Assembly (NCBI GenBank): GCA_963788655.1
Contig: CAWBHS010000078.1
Coordinates: 64,001-128,000, forward strand
DNA: 64,000 nucleotides
Direction of reading: 5' to 3'
DNA from: an uncultured Verrucomicrobiae bacterium
GTDB lineage: Bacteria > Verrucomicrobiota > Verrucomicrobiia > Limisphaerales > JAFGQR01
The notes below the pieces were generated by a model. That model made no database searches, was not told the DNA's origin, and saw only the letters and a program-made list of their open reading frames with translations. Position numbers and translations under genes: made by a program. Of this stretch, positions 18,483-28,835 are shown piece by piece (the stretch's first letter is position 1; every line of letters begins with the position of its first letter).

Positions 18483-20648
18483 TTATCTCACTTCGTGACG
18501 GATTTGGAACTGCCCGCTATCTCTTCGGACCAAATGGCTGATCTTCGCATCGACAGCGACGCCCGCCACCATCGTCTTCATACCGGCAGGATTCGCCACC
18601 AGGATCTGCTCGCCATGCGCCGTCTTGATGCGTACGGCCGCGACACCAATTTGCTTACCCGACGAGGTGTTCGGCAGTTCCACCGGTTCGGCGGTCAATC
18701 CCAGCGGTTCGTCTGGCGATGCCAAGGAAACGTTCCACAAATAGGTCGTTTCGTTGGTTTTGCGGCGGGCAATGACCAACGGGACGCGGTCTTCGGTGTG
18801 ATGCCCAACGCCGGTACCAATAAGGAAGGTGGTCGGCTGCCCGGACGCCATCGCCCAGCGCACTGACGGGCCGTCACGGTTCCCGAAAACGAGTTGAAGT
18901 CCACGCTCCGTACCGAGGGATTTCACATCTCGCAAATACGAGTATCCGGGCTTCTTCGGCAGTTCGAATGCCTGGGCGCCTTCTGGCGATTGCGCCAGCT
19001 TTCCCAAGTTATGATACGCGAGATCAAAGGTGTGTTCCTTGTCGGCGGTAATCTGATCCAGGAAGACCAACAGTTTGTCGTTTATCAGCGCCACCGTGCG
19101 CGTGAATCGGACTCCAGGATAAATCTTCCCCGCGTCAGCCATCACGGCGCTGAAGCCGTCCGCGGCAAGGAACGCTTCGCACTTGCCCGCGGCAGCTTTT
19201 TGCGAGGATTCGTCCATCGTGAGCGTGTTGTGGGCAATCGTGGTGCGATACCAACCACGCTGAATGGGCACCCCATAATTGGCCGTGCCCGGATCGGGCG
19301 CCAGAATTTGCCCGCGCCCATACAACACAAACCCCAGTTTGTCCGGGTGACCGTGACCGCCGCCGTGGGGACCGTAATCGAGACAAAACCATGTCGCCTG
19401 CTTGCCGTCACCCGCCGCCAAAATGGCATAACCCGAAGCCGGAAAATTGCGACTGAACGGTACAAAACTGGGGGCCGGTCCCTGGATGGGAACGCCGTGC
19501 AACAAGGCCGCATCGGTCTGGCGACTGCCGCGGTCGAGCACCAACCGGTAACGCTCGTCGTGATACCGTGCATAGGCCGTTTCATAAAGACCGGCACTGC
19601 GGGTCAGCGAAACTTCATGCGAGTCATTGAACGCCGGCAATTCCAAGTCCGGCATGGCCATGGCCAACGGCGCGTCAAACATGCCTTTGAATTCCGGGCC
19701 GTACAAATTGATGCCGCAATGGAAGGCGCCTTCGGTCAGATGCGTCACCGCCGACACGGTGTAGAAGTGGTAGCCCCAGGCGCCTTCGTACCACGCGCCG
19801 TCGGGTGTGATCCCTTTGGCCATCTGGTTCAAGTAACCGGAGGGACCGTTCAGCGCTTCGTCCACGAGTTTCATGTCGCCGATGAGCAACCCTGTCAATC
19901 CGACGGCGGAATTCTTCCAGCATTGGATATTGTGAATGCCCAGCTTGTGGCGGCGAATGACGTCCGTGGCGGGATAAAGCAATCCTTCCTTCACTTGTTG
20001 TTGCTCCGCGGCCGATAGCGTGTCCCAAAAACAATCCGCTCCCTCGACCACGTCAATCAACCAGGTGGACTCGTCGAGGGTTTGCGGTCCAACTTTGCCG
20101 CCGCCGGTCTTGGCCTCGCCCTTGGTGTTGTGCAACGGGTAGCTTTGGTATTGGGCCGCATAAGCCAGCAGGATTTCCCGGCCCTTGGCGGCGTAGCGCG
20201 CGTCGTGGGTCAGTTGATAAACAATTCCCAGCACTCGAATGGCCTCGGACAGGCGGTCGTGTTGGACACTGATGACCACGTCGTCATACGGGTAGCCGGT
20301 GAACACTTCGCCGTCCACTGGACACACATGGCGAGTGGGGCTTTCAGTGCGCAGGCGTGCGCCATGTTTCGGGCACGAGTAGTAGTGATACCATTGCCCG
20401 CCGCGATCCGGCAGAGTTACTTCGCGTTTGCGCCAGCCGTCCGCCTTGGCTTTGAGCGAGGCGAACCGGGCTTTGGCCCACGGCTGAGCCGCGATGCGTT
20501 CCTGGATGGCCGGAAGATCTTTGGCGGTGAATAACAGCCGTGGATGCGGCGGCAACTCGGCCGGGAGTTGGACGGCCCCGGACAACATCATCGGCGTCAA
20601 GATGGCGGCAAGCGTGCCCAATCCATTCAACATTGAAAAACTGATCAT
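18483..20648 (-). CDS. heparinase II/III-family / alginate-lyase-domain polysaccharide lyase (PL17-like)
   Basis: QTLDESTW, HNIQCW, DGAWYEGAWGYHFY, PAFNDS, DYGPHGGGHGHPDKL, TIAHNT; N-terminal signal-like segment. Confidence 0.85.
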   Translation of the reverse strand: MISFSMLNGLGTLAAILTPMMLSGAVQLPAELPPHPRLLFTAKDLPAIQERIAAQPWAKARFASLKAKADGWRKREVTLPDRGGQWYHYYSCPKHGARLRTESPTRHVCPVDGEVFTGYPYDDVVISVQHDRLSEAIRVLGIVYQLTHDARYAAKGREILLAYAAQYQSYPLHNTKGEAKTGGGKVGPQTLDESTWLIDVVEGADCFWDTLSAAEQQQVKEGLLYPATDVIRRHKLGIHNIQCWKNSAVGLTGLLIGDMKLVDEALNGPSGYLNQMAKGITPDGAWYEGAWGYHFYTVSAVTHLTEGAFHCGINLYGPEFKGMFDAPLAMAMPDLELPAFNDSHEVSLTRSAGLYETAYARYHDERYRLVLDRGSRQTDAALLHGVPIQGPAPSFVPFSRNFPASGYAILAAGDGKQATWFCLDYGPHGGGHGHPDKLGFVLYGRGQILAPDPGTANYGVPIQRGWYRTTIAHNTLTMDESSQKAAAGKCEAFLAADGFSAVMADAGKIYPGVRFTRTVALINDKLLVFLDQITADKEHTFDLAYHNLGKLAQSPEGAQAFELPKKPGYSYLRDVKSLGTERGLQLVFGNRDGPSVRWAMASGQPTTFLIGTGVGHHTEDRVPLVIARRKTNETTYLWNVSLASPDEPLGLTAEPVELPNTSSGKQIGVAAVRIKTAHGEQILVANPAGMKTMVAGVAVDAKISHLVRRDSGQFQIRHEVR

Positions 20649-20721
20649 AGATAAATGGACCGGATTGGGGAATGAAAATTCAAACGTTGTCTTTCACTCG
20701 CTGACCGTTATTGTCCTCCTC

Positions 20722-21504
20722 ATGAAACTGGTGCCACTCTTCGCTGTCGTTCTGTTCAGCCTCACGTCTTCTTCGATTTCCTTTGCCCAATCGGCATCGT
20801 CCAAAGACCGACTTCCACCGCTGCCTGATGGCCAGCAGTGGAAGCTTATCTGGCATGACGAATTCGACGGCGCCAAACTGGACGAAACGAAATGGAACCG
20901 CCTGGGCGATTGGAAACGCCGGGATGGCTATTGGGTCAAGGACGACGCCTACCTCAGCGGCCAAGGCACCCTGCTGCTGCGCACGCGGAAGGACGGCGAC
21001 CGTTACACGTGCGGGGCCATCAGAACCCAGGGAAAGTTCGAGCACGCCTTTGGCTATTACGTCGCGCGCTGCAAAATGCCGAAGGAACCGGGGCATTGGC
21101 CGGCATTCTGGATGATGTGTCCGGGCGTCGGCAAAGTGGGCAACGGGGGCCGCGACGGCACGGAGATCGACGTTGTGGAGATTCCCTGGCGCACCGGCAA
21201 AGTCACCTTCAACCTGCATTGGGATGGTTACGGCAAGGACCACCGGTCGGCCGGCACGAACACAACCATCGCCGCGTTAACCGAAGGCTTCCATGATTAC
21301 GCGCTGCTCTGGACCCCGGAGGAATATTGCGTCTATGTGGACGGACAAGAAGTTTGGCGCACGAAAGCCGGCGGAGTCTCGCAGGTGCCGGAATACCTCA
21401 AGCTGACGGAGGAAATTGGCAAATGGGGCGGCGACATCACCAAAGCCCGACTGCCGGATTATTTCGAAGTCGATTACGTGCGGGTTTATGAAATGGTCCC
21501 GTAA
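20722..21504 (+). CDS. glycoside hydrolase family 16
   Basis: Signal peptide, WHDEFDG, GHWPAFW, catalytic EIDVVE, VDYVRVY. Confidence 0.92.
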   Translation: MKLVPLFAVVLFSLTSSSISFAQSASSKDRLPPLPDGQQWKLIWHDEFDGAKLDETKWNRLGDWKRRDGYWVKDDAYLSGQGTLLLRTRKDGDRYTCGAIRTQGKFEHAFGYYVARCKMPKEPGHWPAFWMMCPGVGKVGNGGRDGTEIDVVEIPWRTGKVTFNLHWDGYGKDHRSAGTNTTIAALTEGFHDYALLWTPEEYCVYVDGQEVWRTKAGGVSQVPEYLKLTEEIGKWGGDITKARLPDYFEVDYVRVYEMVP

Positions 21505-21548
21505 GGGACGAGAAATCGTTGGAACGAATTGAAGAGCGTTGTAGGAAA

Positions 21549-21809
21549 TTAACGACGATAAATCTCACGCCGATGTCCAAGCGTAACCAGCAAAAGCTCA
21601 TTTCGCTCCACATTGAAAACGTAAATGATGCGGTAGTCCCCGATGCGCAAGCGAAACTCCGAACGGCCCTGCAATCGATGGTGGGGAAAATCTTCTAATC
21701 TGCGCCCCAGCTCCCGAATCCGATTTTCGATGTGGTATTGCACCGACGATGGCAGACCGAAGAAAATCGAATCAAACTCTTGGGAGTAAATTTCCGTAGC
21801 TTGGCTCAC
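21549..21809 (-). CDS. RelE/ParE-family toxin
   Basis: FRLRIGDYRIIY...LGHRREIY. Confidence 0.9.
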   Translation of the reverse strand: MSQATEIYSQEFDSIFFGLPSSVQYHIENRIRELGRRLEDFPHHRLQGRSEFRLRIGDYRIIYVFNVERNELLLVTLGHRREIYRR

Positions 21810-21817
21810 TGAGGACG

Positions 21818-22003
21818 TCAGTTTCGGTGAACGCGCACCCGCCCCTCGCGCAAATCAGCTTGGCCACGTTCGATGCTGGCGACGAATTCAGGGGTGAGTT
21901 CGGCCTCATCTTCGAGATAATCCGCAAGCCAATCCTGAAGTTTTACGGCTTCCTCCGGCGGCAACTTCCGGACCTCGGCTTCGATTGCTTCAAGCTTACT
22001 CAT
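21818..22003 (-). CDS. cognate antitoxin
   Basis: 61-aa acidic ORF directly upstream of the toxin (LTPEFVASIERGQADLREGR). Confidence 0.75.
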   Translation of the reverse strand: MSKLEAIEAEVRKLPPEEAVKLQDWLADYLEDEAELTPEFVASIERGQADLREGRVRVHRN

Positions 22004-22048
22004 TAGCGAACTATATTTGGACGAGATCGCTGGCGTCAAGACTCGCCT

Positions 22049-23165
22049 TCAGGACTGAACCCTGCCATCAGGCAACAAGGGCAACCGCACCGGCTTCCTC
22101 GTCCGGTAGCACCGTTGGATCGCGAAAACGACTTCGTGCGTCTGGATGGCGTCTTCAAGATTGCAGTGCGACTCCACGTCGCGTTGCAGGCATTGCACGA
22201 AGTGGTCCATCTGCGCTTGAAACGGATGATGGGAAACGTCGCTGGAATCCGGCGGCAATCGCTGAGAGAACCTTCCAGCTCTTCTGCCGGGGAAATTGGT
22301 GCGACCAAATCTGGTTGTCGATCACGGTGCCACGGTCGCCAAAGATCCGGATCGGGAAGCGATAAGGCATGACGCAGTCAAAATTGACGCTGACCTTGCC
22401 CAGCACGCCGTTGGCAAATTTGACGAAAGCCATTTCCAGGCCGTCGTATTCCATCGGCGGCGTCCCATCGATGAACGTGTTGGTGAGCGGATTGTATTCG
22501 CGGTTGATTCCCTGGCGATAGCCTCCGGCCACGGCAAACACCTCGACGGGTTGCGCCGTTTCAAACTCTCCCGTAGCCGCGAACCAACGCAGCGCATCAA
22601 TGGCATGACAGCCGGCCACCAGCATGGCGCTGACTCCATTCTTCCGGGTGCAAGTGTCCGCCCATCCCGACCACCAACTGCCGTTGTGGCTCAGATAGTC
22701 GGCTTCGACACAGTAGGGTTGGCCGAAGGCGCCGGCGGCCAGCAGGGACTTGAGTTTGCGAAAGAGCGGATTCCAACGCAGAACAAAACTCACCACCGTT
22801 TTCACGCCGGCTCGACGAACAGCGTCACGCATTCGGCGCAGCTCGACCAGAGAGATCCCCACCGGCTTCTCAATCACCAGGTGCTTGCCGGCTGCCGCTG
22901 CGGCGAGAACATTTGCGCAATGCACGTGCTGCGGCGTGCAGATCGAAACAATATCCACCCCCGGATGCCGCAGTGCTTGCGCCAGGTCGCCGTACGTTGA
23001 CGCGTCGGGCAGGCCGGCTTCACGAGCCAACCGCCGGGCACTGGATTTGCGACGGCTGGAAACGGCTACAATCCGCGTGGCGGGATTGTTTTGAAACGCG
23101 GCGAGGTGTTGGCCAGCCACCCAACCGGCGCCGTGGATCAATACGCCAAAAATCGATTTTCTCAT
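22049..23165 (-). CDS. Gfo/Idh/MocA oxidoreductase, frameshift near 22265
   Basis: IHGAGWVA, ICTPQHVH, VIEKP, GCHAIDA; C-terminus in ORF 22049..22258. Confidence 0.85.
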
Positions 23166-24181
23166 GAGGGCAATCTCAACATGGCGTCCAGGTTTTCAAA
23201 AGGTGTTTCCATTGCCAAGGTGCAACCGGAACTCAACACAAACCGCCGATGGCCGGTCGCCGAAATCTGCGCGATGGCTTCTCTGGAGGCTGCGGTTACG
23301 GCTTGAAGTGTGCCTTGAGCCAATAATCCAACTGGATCCAGATTTCCCCAGATGGCGATGTCCGGTCCGATCACGCGGCCGGCTTCGGTCAAATCGACTT
23401 GCCAATCCAATTCCAACACGTCGGCGCCAGAGGAAGCCATGTCCTCCAGCAGCGGGGTGGTATCGCCACAAATGTGCAAGGAGACGGGCTTGCCCGTGGC
23501 GGCCTGGAGATCCGCGATGACGCGTTGCTCAAAAGGCAACGCTTTTTGGCGATAGGACTGCGGCCCGATCAGTCCCGCCGGTGAATCCCCGCCGCTCAGC
23601 AAGTCGGCGCCGGCCGCCGCCAAGGCTTTCCCGTAAGCTACGGCATACTCTGCTGATCGCACCATCAGCGCTTGCACCAACGGCGGATCGTCCGTGAGTT
23701 TCAACATGAGTTCCTGGATACCCATCAGCGCAGCCGCCAGGGAGAATGGGTATTGGTCGAAACAGGCGACGATAAAGACTTCACTCCCCAGCTCCCGGAC
23801 AAGGTGCGACAAGGCTTCAAGCATCAGCGGGTAACGTCCCTGCCGAGTGACGTCGGGTGGCGGGAGGCGGTCAATGTCCGAAGGCCGTTGCACCACGGGC
23901 GGCCCAAGACCGCCAAACGGCTGGTTGTCACTGGTCGCCCCGACGCGGGCGCCCACGGCTTCGGCGCTGACCCACGTGTCCGCAGACAACCAAACCGCAT
24001 CCGGCCGGAACCGTTCGTAGTATCGCAGGACGCAATCGGCGAGTGTCCGAGCGTTGGTGGAATACTCCCGCAACGTTTTCCCAGCCACGCGCGCACAAAA
24101 ATGAACGGCCAATGGGCCGGTGGCAACACGCGGGATCCCCTGCCCTTGCAACGCGGCACTGACCAATTGCCTCGAGTTCAT
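23162..24181 (-). CDS. UroD/MtaA-CmuA superfamily protein (methylcobalamin:thiol methyltransferase-like)
   Basis: EAVGA, PFSLAAALMG, LHICG (HxC), GNLDP, LSSGC. Confidence 0.85.
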   Translation of the reverse strand: MNSRQLVSAALQGQGIPRVATGPLAVHFCARVAGKTLREYSTNARTLADCVLRYYERFRPDAVWLSADTWVSAEAVGARVGATSDNQPFGGLGPPVVQRPSDIDRLPPPDVTRQGRYPLMLEALSHLVRELGSEVFIVACFDQYPFSLAAALMGIQELMLKLTDDPPLVQALMVRSAEYAVAYGKALAAAGADLLSGGDSPAGLIGPQSYRQKALPFEQRVIADLQAATGKPVSLHICGDTTPLLEDMASSGADVLELDWQVDLTEAGRVIGPDIAIWGNLDPVGLLAQGTLQAVTAASREAIAQISATGHRRFVLSSGCTLAMETPFENLDAMLRLPS

Positions 24182-25672
24182 GGAAGAGACATCGCTCGAT
24201 CAACTGGCCTGGGTTGTTCTGGGGCGCGGTTCCAGGTTCGTTCGATTTCTTCCAAGCTTCGTCCCTTGGTTTCGGGCACGAACTTCCAAAAGAACACGGT
24301 AGCCACCAGACAAATCCCCGCCGCGGTCAGAAAACTGGCGTGCATGCCCAACGCGGCCGCATACCAAGGGGAAAAGCAACGCGCTGGCGGTGTTGGTGCT
24401 CCAATTGGCAAAGGTGGCGATGGAAACCGCCCGGCCGCGGACACGATTCGGAAAGATCTCGGGCGTCAATACCCAGATCACGGCGCAGATTGACAACGCG
24501 ATACACGCCATATAGACGCAGATACTGATCCCGATCCAGAGCCCAACTGTCTTGGAGACAACGACGGCCTCGCCGGCCCCTTGAACGCCCGTAAGAAACA
24601 GGGCGCCGATCACTCCCAGCGCCACGGTGACCACGGCCATCCCACCAATCAACAACGGCCGCCGTCCCCAGCGGTCAATCACGAGCAAGGCCAGGATCGT
24701 GAATATCAAATTGATGAGTCCAAACCCCACCTGGCTCAACAATGCCGCCAAGTCCTGAAAGCCCGCCGCCATGAGGATTTTCGGGCCGTAATAGACGACG
24801 ATGTTGACGCCGGACAATTGCCCAAACACGGAAAGCATCACGCCCACCAACAAGGCTGTGCGCAGACCGGGACGCAGCAGTTCCCGAATGGAACCTTCCT
24901 CGCGAGCCAGCGCGGCTTTGATCTCCGCAGCTTCCCGTTGGGCGACCTCCGGTCCACTGATGCGCGTGAGAATGTCGAGTCCCTCCTGCGAGCGTTCGGC
25001 TTTGATCAGCCAGCGCGGGCTTTCCGGCACGAGAAAGAGCAGCAGGAAGAACAAGACGCACGGCACCATTTCCGCGCCAAACATACCGCGCCAGTACTCA
25101 CTGACGAACACCCGATGCAACCCCCCGCCGTCGCCGAACGCCCCGGCATGGTTCTGGGCAAACCATAGAATCAGCCAGTTGGACAAATACGCCGCCAGAA
25201 TGCCGATCACAATCGACAGTTGGTAGAACGCCACCAACCGCCCGCGCAATGACGGCGGCGCGAATTCAGTGATGTACATGGGGGCCAGCACCGAAGCCAT
25301 ACCCACCCCCACCCCGCCAATGATGCGCGCCACAATCAGTAGTTCGAAACTGGGCGGAATGGCGGAACCCAGCGCTGAGACAAAGAAGAAGACCGCCGAG
25401 ACGATCAATAGCGGTTTGCGTCCGAAACGGTCTCCCAGAAATCCCGCAATGGCAGCGCCGACAATGCAGCCGACCAGCGCCGAACTGGTGAACCAGCCTT
25501 CCATCAAAGTGGTCAAGGCATACTGCTGTTTCACTCGCTCCACCGTGCCGGAGATGACTGCAGTATCAAAACCGAAGAGCAAACCGCCGAGGGAAGCGAC
25601 CAAACAAACCAACGGCAGGTACCAGCCACGGTGTCCGGCGGTCGCAATGGCCGGCGTGACAGATCGTGGCAT
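24178..25672 (-). CDS. MFS sugar porter (XylE/GalP-like), frameshift near 24370
   Basis: GGLLFGFDTAVISG, DRFGRK, PESPRWL, EIFPNRVRG, VPETKGRSLEEIE. Confidence 0.92.
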
Positions 25673-25686
25673 GTAATTGGATCGAC

Positions 25687-26892
25687 TCACGGCTTCCGGT
25701 CCTTTCCGCCCTCCGCGGCGATTTGCTCTTCGAGCCGTTGCCAGCAATACCATTGCATGCGTGGCAGGTGAAACGGGCCTTTCCACATGTTCCCTTTAAG
25801 CCGCGTCGAAACGCTGCCGTCCCGGTGCAGATAGCCAAACCACTCGCCGTGCAACGGATCGGGAAAATGCGCGTAAGCCCAATCGTGAACTGCCTGGTGC
25901 CAGCGAGCGTATTTGGCGTCCCCGGTCAGTTGCCAGGCAAGCAAGGTGCCGATAATGGCCTCGTTGTGCGGCCACCAGAATTTCATGTCATGCCAGTACT
26001 CGGTGGCTGGCCGGCCTTTGGCGTCAGCGTAGTACAGAATCCCGCCATGCTGCCGGTCCCAACCCAATTCGAACGACCAATCGAAAATAGTCGTACCCAG
26101 CTTCACCAGACGAGGATCGCCTTGGCGTTGGCGCGCTTCTTCGAGGATGAACCAACCAACTTCCATCGCATGCCCCGGGCAAATCATGCGTCCCTCGAAC
26201 GTATCCAGGAACTCTCCCTGTCCGCCGACCGTTTCCAGCAAGCAATGGAATTCCGGTTTCAGGAAATCGCGTTCTACCTCGCGGAGACATTGGTCGATCA
26301 CCTCGGCGCAAAGCGGATCGTCGGTCGCCTTGCGGAGTTCCTGCGCGGTCGCCAGCAGAATCATGGGCATGGCCAATCCCTTGAGGGCGCGGGTTTCTGG
26401 GATGACTTTGGGCGGACACAAGCCCGGCGTGGAATGGTAACGCAGCACCAGCCGGAACAAATCAAGCGCTTGTTCGATGTAGCGCGTCTCCCCCGTAGCG
26501 CGTCCGTAGGCGGCCAGCGCAATGATGGCGAACGCTTCGGAAAACAAGTAGCGTCGTTTGCGCAACGGTTTTCCTTCGCAGGTCGTCCAAAAGAACATGC
26601 GCCCATCCGTATCGAAACAATGCCGGTTGATGAAGTCGATACCGGTTCGGGCGCCTTCGAGCCATTCGGCGCGTCGTTCCACCGTGAGATAAAGAGTAGC
26701 CAACATCCAGGCAAAGCGGCCTTGGAACCAGACGGCCTTGTCCGTGCTTAGAATCGTGCCGTCCTGATCGAGCGCGGTGAAGTATCCCCCCTGGTCGTGG
26801 TCGATGGCGTGTGCCATCCAAAACGGCAGGGTGTCGCGCAGCAATCCGTCGCGGTAGATGGCCCGCAAGGAAATGAGACGTTGGAAAGTCAT
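25687..26892 (-). CDS. N-acylglucosamine 2-epimerase (AGE family)
   Basis: TDKAVWFQGR, PGHAMEVGWF, MKFWWPHNE, GEWFGYLHRDG, KGPFHLPR. Confidence 0.92.
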   Translation of the reverse strand: MTFQRLISLRAIYRDGLLRDTLPFWMAHAIDHDQGGYFTALDQDGTILSTDKAVWFQGRFAWMLATLYLTVERRAEWLEGARTGIDFINRHCFDTDGRMFFWTTCEGKPLRKRRYLFSEAFAIIALAAYGRATGETRYIEQALDLFRLVLRYHSTPGLCPPKVIPETRALKGLAMPMILLATAQELRKATDDPLCAEVIDQCLREVERDFLKPEFHCLLETVGGQGEFLDTFEGRMICPGHAMEVGWFILEEARQRQGDPRLVKLGTTIFDWSFELGWDRQHGGILYYADAKGRPATEYWHDMKFWWPHNEAIIGTLLAWQLTGDAKYARWHQAVHDWAYAHFPDPLHGEWFGYLHRDGSVSTRLKGNMWKGPFHLPRMQWYCWQRLEEQIAAEGGKDRKP

Positions 26893-26971
26893 GGAAAATG
26901 GATTTGAAATGCTGGATTGTGCCTGGTTGTGGGGGTGACCTGCGGTAGGGATGGTGCCATTGCATTGGATG

Positions 26972-27119
26972 TCGCGCAGCGTTTGGAGTGCGTGAAGCTT
27001 TCTCCCGCTTTCGGTGGGCGGACGGGGTCAATTACTCCAGGCGGCGGCTTTGGCATTAGGGCACAACTGTTTCCTGCGAAAGCGCCGGCAAGCCGGGCGC
27101 ACTCCAAACGCCGGCGCGA
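26972..27119. repeat. REPIN-like palindrome (family C, copy 1)
   Basis: tcgcgcagcgtttggagtgcg...cgcactccaaacgccggcgcga. Confidence 0.85.
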
Positions 27120-27250
27120 AGAATGACGAGTCCTTCCCCAATCGATGCCGACAAGAAAATGAATGTCCTGGTCAGACTGCATCGGGCACTCCGCTTTGAG
27201 GCTCTTGCAGTTGCTGGCTTGAAAAACACCTTGGGAGTGGTCCTTTAACA

Positions 27251-28540
27251 TTACTTGGTTTCCTTCAGGTATCCGGTCGCTTCAAGAATCGAACGCCATT
27301 TGGCCGCCGTGCGGTCGAGCGCCGTCCGGGGCGTCAAATGGCCGGCGATGGTTTCCGCAATTTGGGTGTCAAGATAGTCGCAGAGTTCTTGCGAAGGCGG
27401 GATGCGGAACCGCGGTTCACTGTGCTCCAATCCTTTGAGCAGTTGCGGCAGATAAAACATCCGTGCCCGGCAGGCGGCATCCTGGTAGGTGGAAAGGCGC
27501 GGCGATCCTTTTCCGTATTGCAGAAACAACCGGCAGGTGTTGGTGGGATTGAGCTGGAACTGAATCCACTGAAAGGCCGCCTCCGGGTCGGGGCAGGCGC
27601 GATTGATGCCCAACGACCAGGCGCTCAGTTGCGGTTTCCCGCCGGGAATGACCGCCGCCGCAATTTGGCCGGAAACCTTGCACAAATTGGTGTCCTGCAT
27701 CTGCGCCCAAATCAGCGTGGGCCAGGTCAGATACATCGCGCCCTTCCCCTGGAGAAACAACGCGTTGGCCTCCTCGATCCCGAGCCGCTGCGAATGGGGC
27801 GGTGCGTAGCGGAACATCTCGACAAATAGTTTCAAGCTGCGCACGCCCGCTTCCGAATTCAGCGTCGGCTGCCACCGATCATCGACCAGGCGCCCCCCCA
27901 GGCCGAAGAGAATGCCCGACCATACAGTGAAGTTCTGTTCCTTCAGGCCCATGATGACGTTGCCGTGCAGCGATTCCGTGTTCAGAAAACGGGCGATCTC
28001 CAGGTATTCATCCCACGTGCGGGGCGGCTCGAGTTGACGGCCCGTTTGGCGTTGGAACTCCTCCGCGCGGGCGGCGAATATATCGGTTCGATAGAGCAGC
28101 GTGATCACGTCGCATGCCAGCGGCAAGGCCCTGGTGTGTCCTTGCCATTCCCCGGCGTTTTGGCGAACGGCGGAAATGAAATCGGATGTCTTCACATCAT
28201 GGCCGGCAAGGAAATCGTCCAACGGACGCAAGTGCGGCATGATTTCGCCGTCCCATTGCTGGGCGACCTGCATCACGTCGTATAAGTCCGTGTCGTTCGC
28301 CAGGTCCGTGATTTCCTTCTCCCGCAGCGTAAGGTACGGGGCGGATACCACCTTGACGCGGATACCCGTTTGATGCTCGAACTCCGTTGCTAGAGCTTGA
28401 GCCGCTTCGGCATAGATGCCGTTCATGTGGAAGGAAGTAATTTCGCGCTCCGGAACGGACAGCTGGCGTCCGCACCCGATAAGCAGCAACGAGCAAGCAA
28501 GTAACAACGCTGCCAAGTTTGGCTGGCGAATCAAAAACAT
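27251..28540 (-). CDS. sugar ABC-type solute-binding lipoprotein
   Basis: Lipobox LLLIGC; LYRTDIF, PRTWDEY, FLQGKGAM, AWSLGI. Confidence 0.88.
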   Translation of the reverse strand: MFLIRQPNLAALLLACSLLLIGCGRQLSVPEREITSFHMNGIYAEAAQALATEFEHQTGIRVKVVSAPYLTLREKEITDLANDTDLYDVMQVAQQWDGEIMPHLRPLDDFLAGHDVKTSDFISAVRQNAGEWQGHTRALPLACDVITLLYRTDIFAARAEEFQRQTGRQLEPPRTWDEYLEIARFLNTESLHGNVIMGLKEQNFTVWSGILFGLGGRLVDDRWQPTLNSEAGVRSLKLFVEMFRYAPPHSQRLGIEEANALFLQGKGAMYLTWPTLIWAQMQDTNLCKVSGQIAAAVIPGGKPQLSAWSLGINRACPDPEAAFQWIQFQLNPTNTCRLFLQYGKGSPRLSTYQDAACRARMFYLPQLLKGLEHSEPRFRIPPSQELCDYLDTQIAETIAGHLTPRTALDRTAAKWRSILEATGYLKETK

Positions 28541-28590
28541 CGTGGCAGCAAAGAAATGGTCAACATTGTGGTTGCTTTGATTTTAGCGTT

Positions 28591-28748
28591 CACCGTCGCG
28601 CAGCGTTTGGAGTGCGCGGAGCTTGCTCCCGCTTTCGTTTGATCCCACATGTTCCCAAAACCAACTCCACGTCCGCACACATTGCCCGCCATGCTCCAGG
28701 CGAAAGCGCCGGCAAGCCAGGCGCACTCCAAACGCTGGCGCGACGGTG
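28591..28748. repeat. REPIN-like palindrome (family C, copy 2)
   Basis: caccgtcgcgcagcgtttggagtgcg...cgcactccaaacgctggcgcgacggtg. Confidence 0.85.
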
Positions 28749-28763
28749 GCACACCATTCCAAT

Positions 28764-28797
28764 TGGGGCGGCAAGCGCTTAAAGCGCTTCCGCCCCA
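28764..28797. terminator. GC-rich hairpin downstream of the LamG-repeat gene
   Basis: tggggcggcaagcgct-taa-agcgcttccgcccca; no clear U-tract. Confidence 0.35.
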
Positions 28798-28835
28798 GCC
28801 TTGGCAGATTCTTCCAGTGACGCAACCAAGAAACC

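Noticed and set aside
23162..24181. Calling this gene hemE
   Set aside because: It lacks the HemE N-terminal RQAGR motif, has Zn-ligand HxC...C residues and sits in a sugar-gene context.
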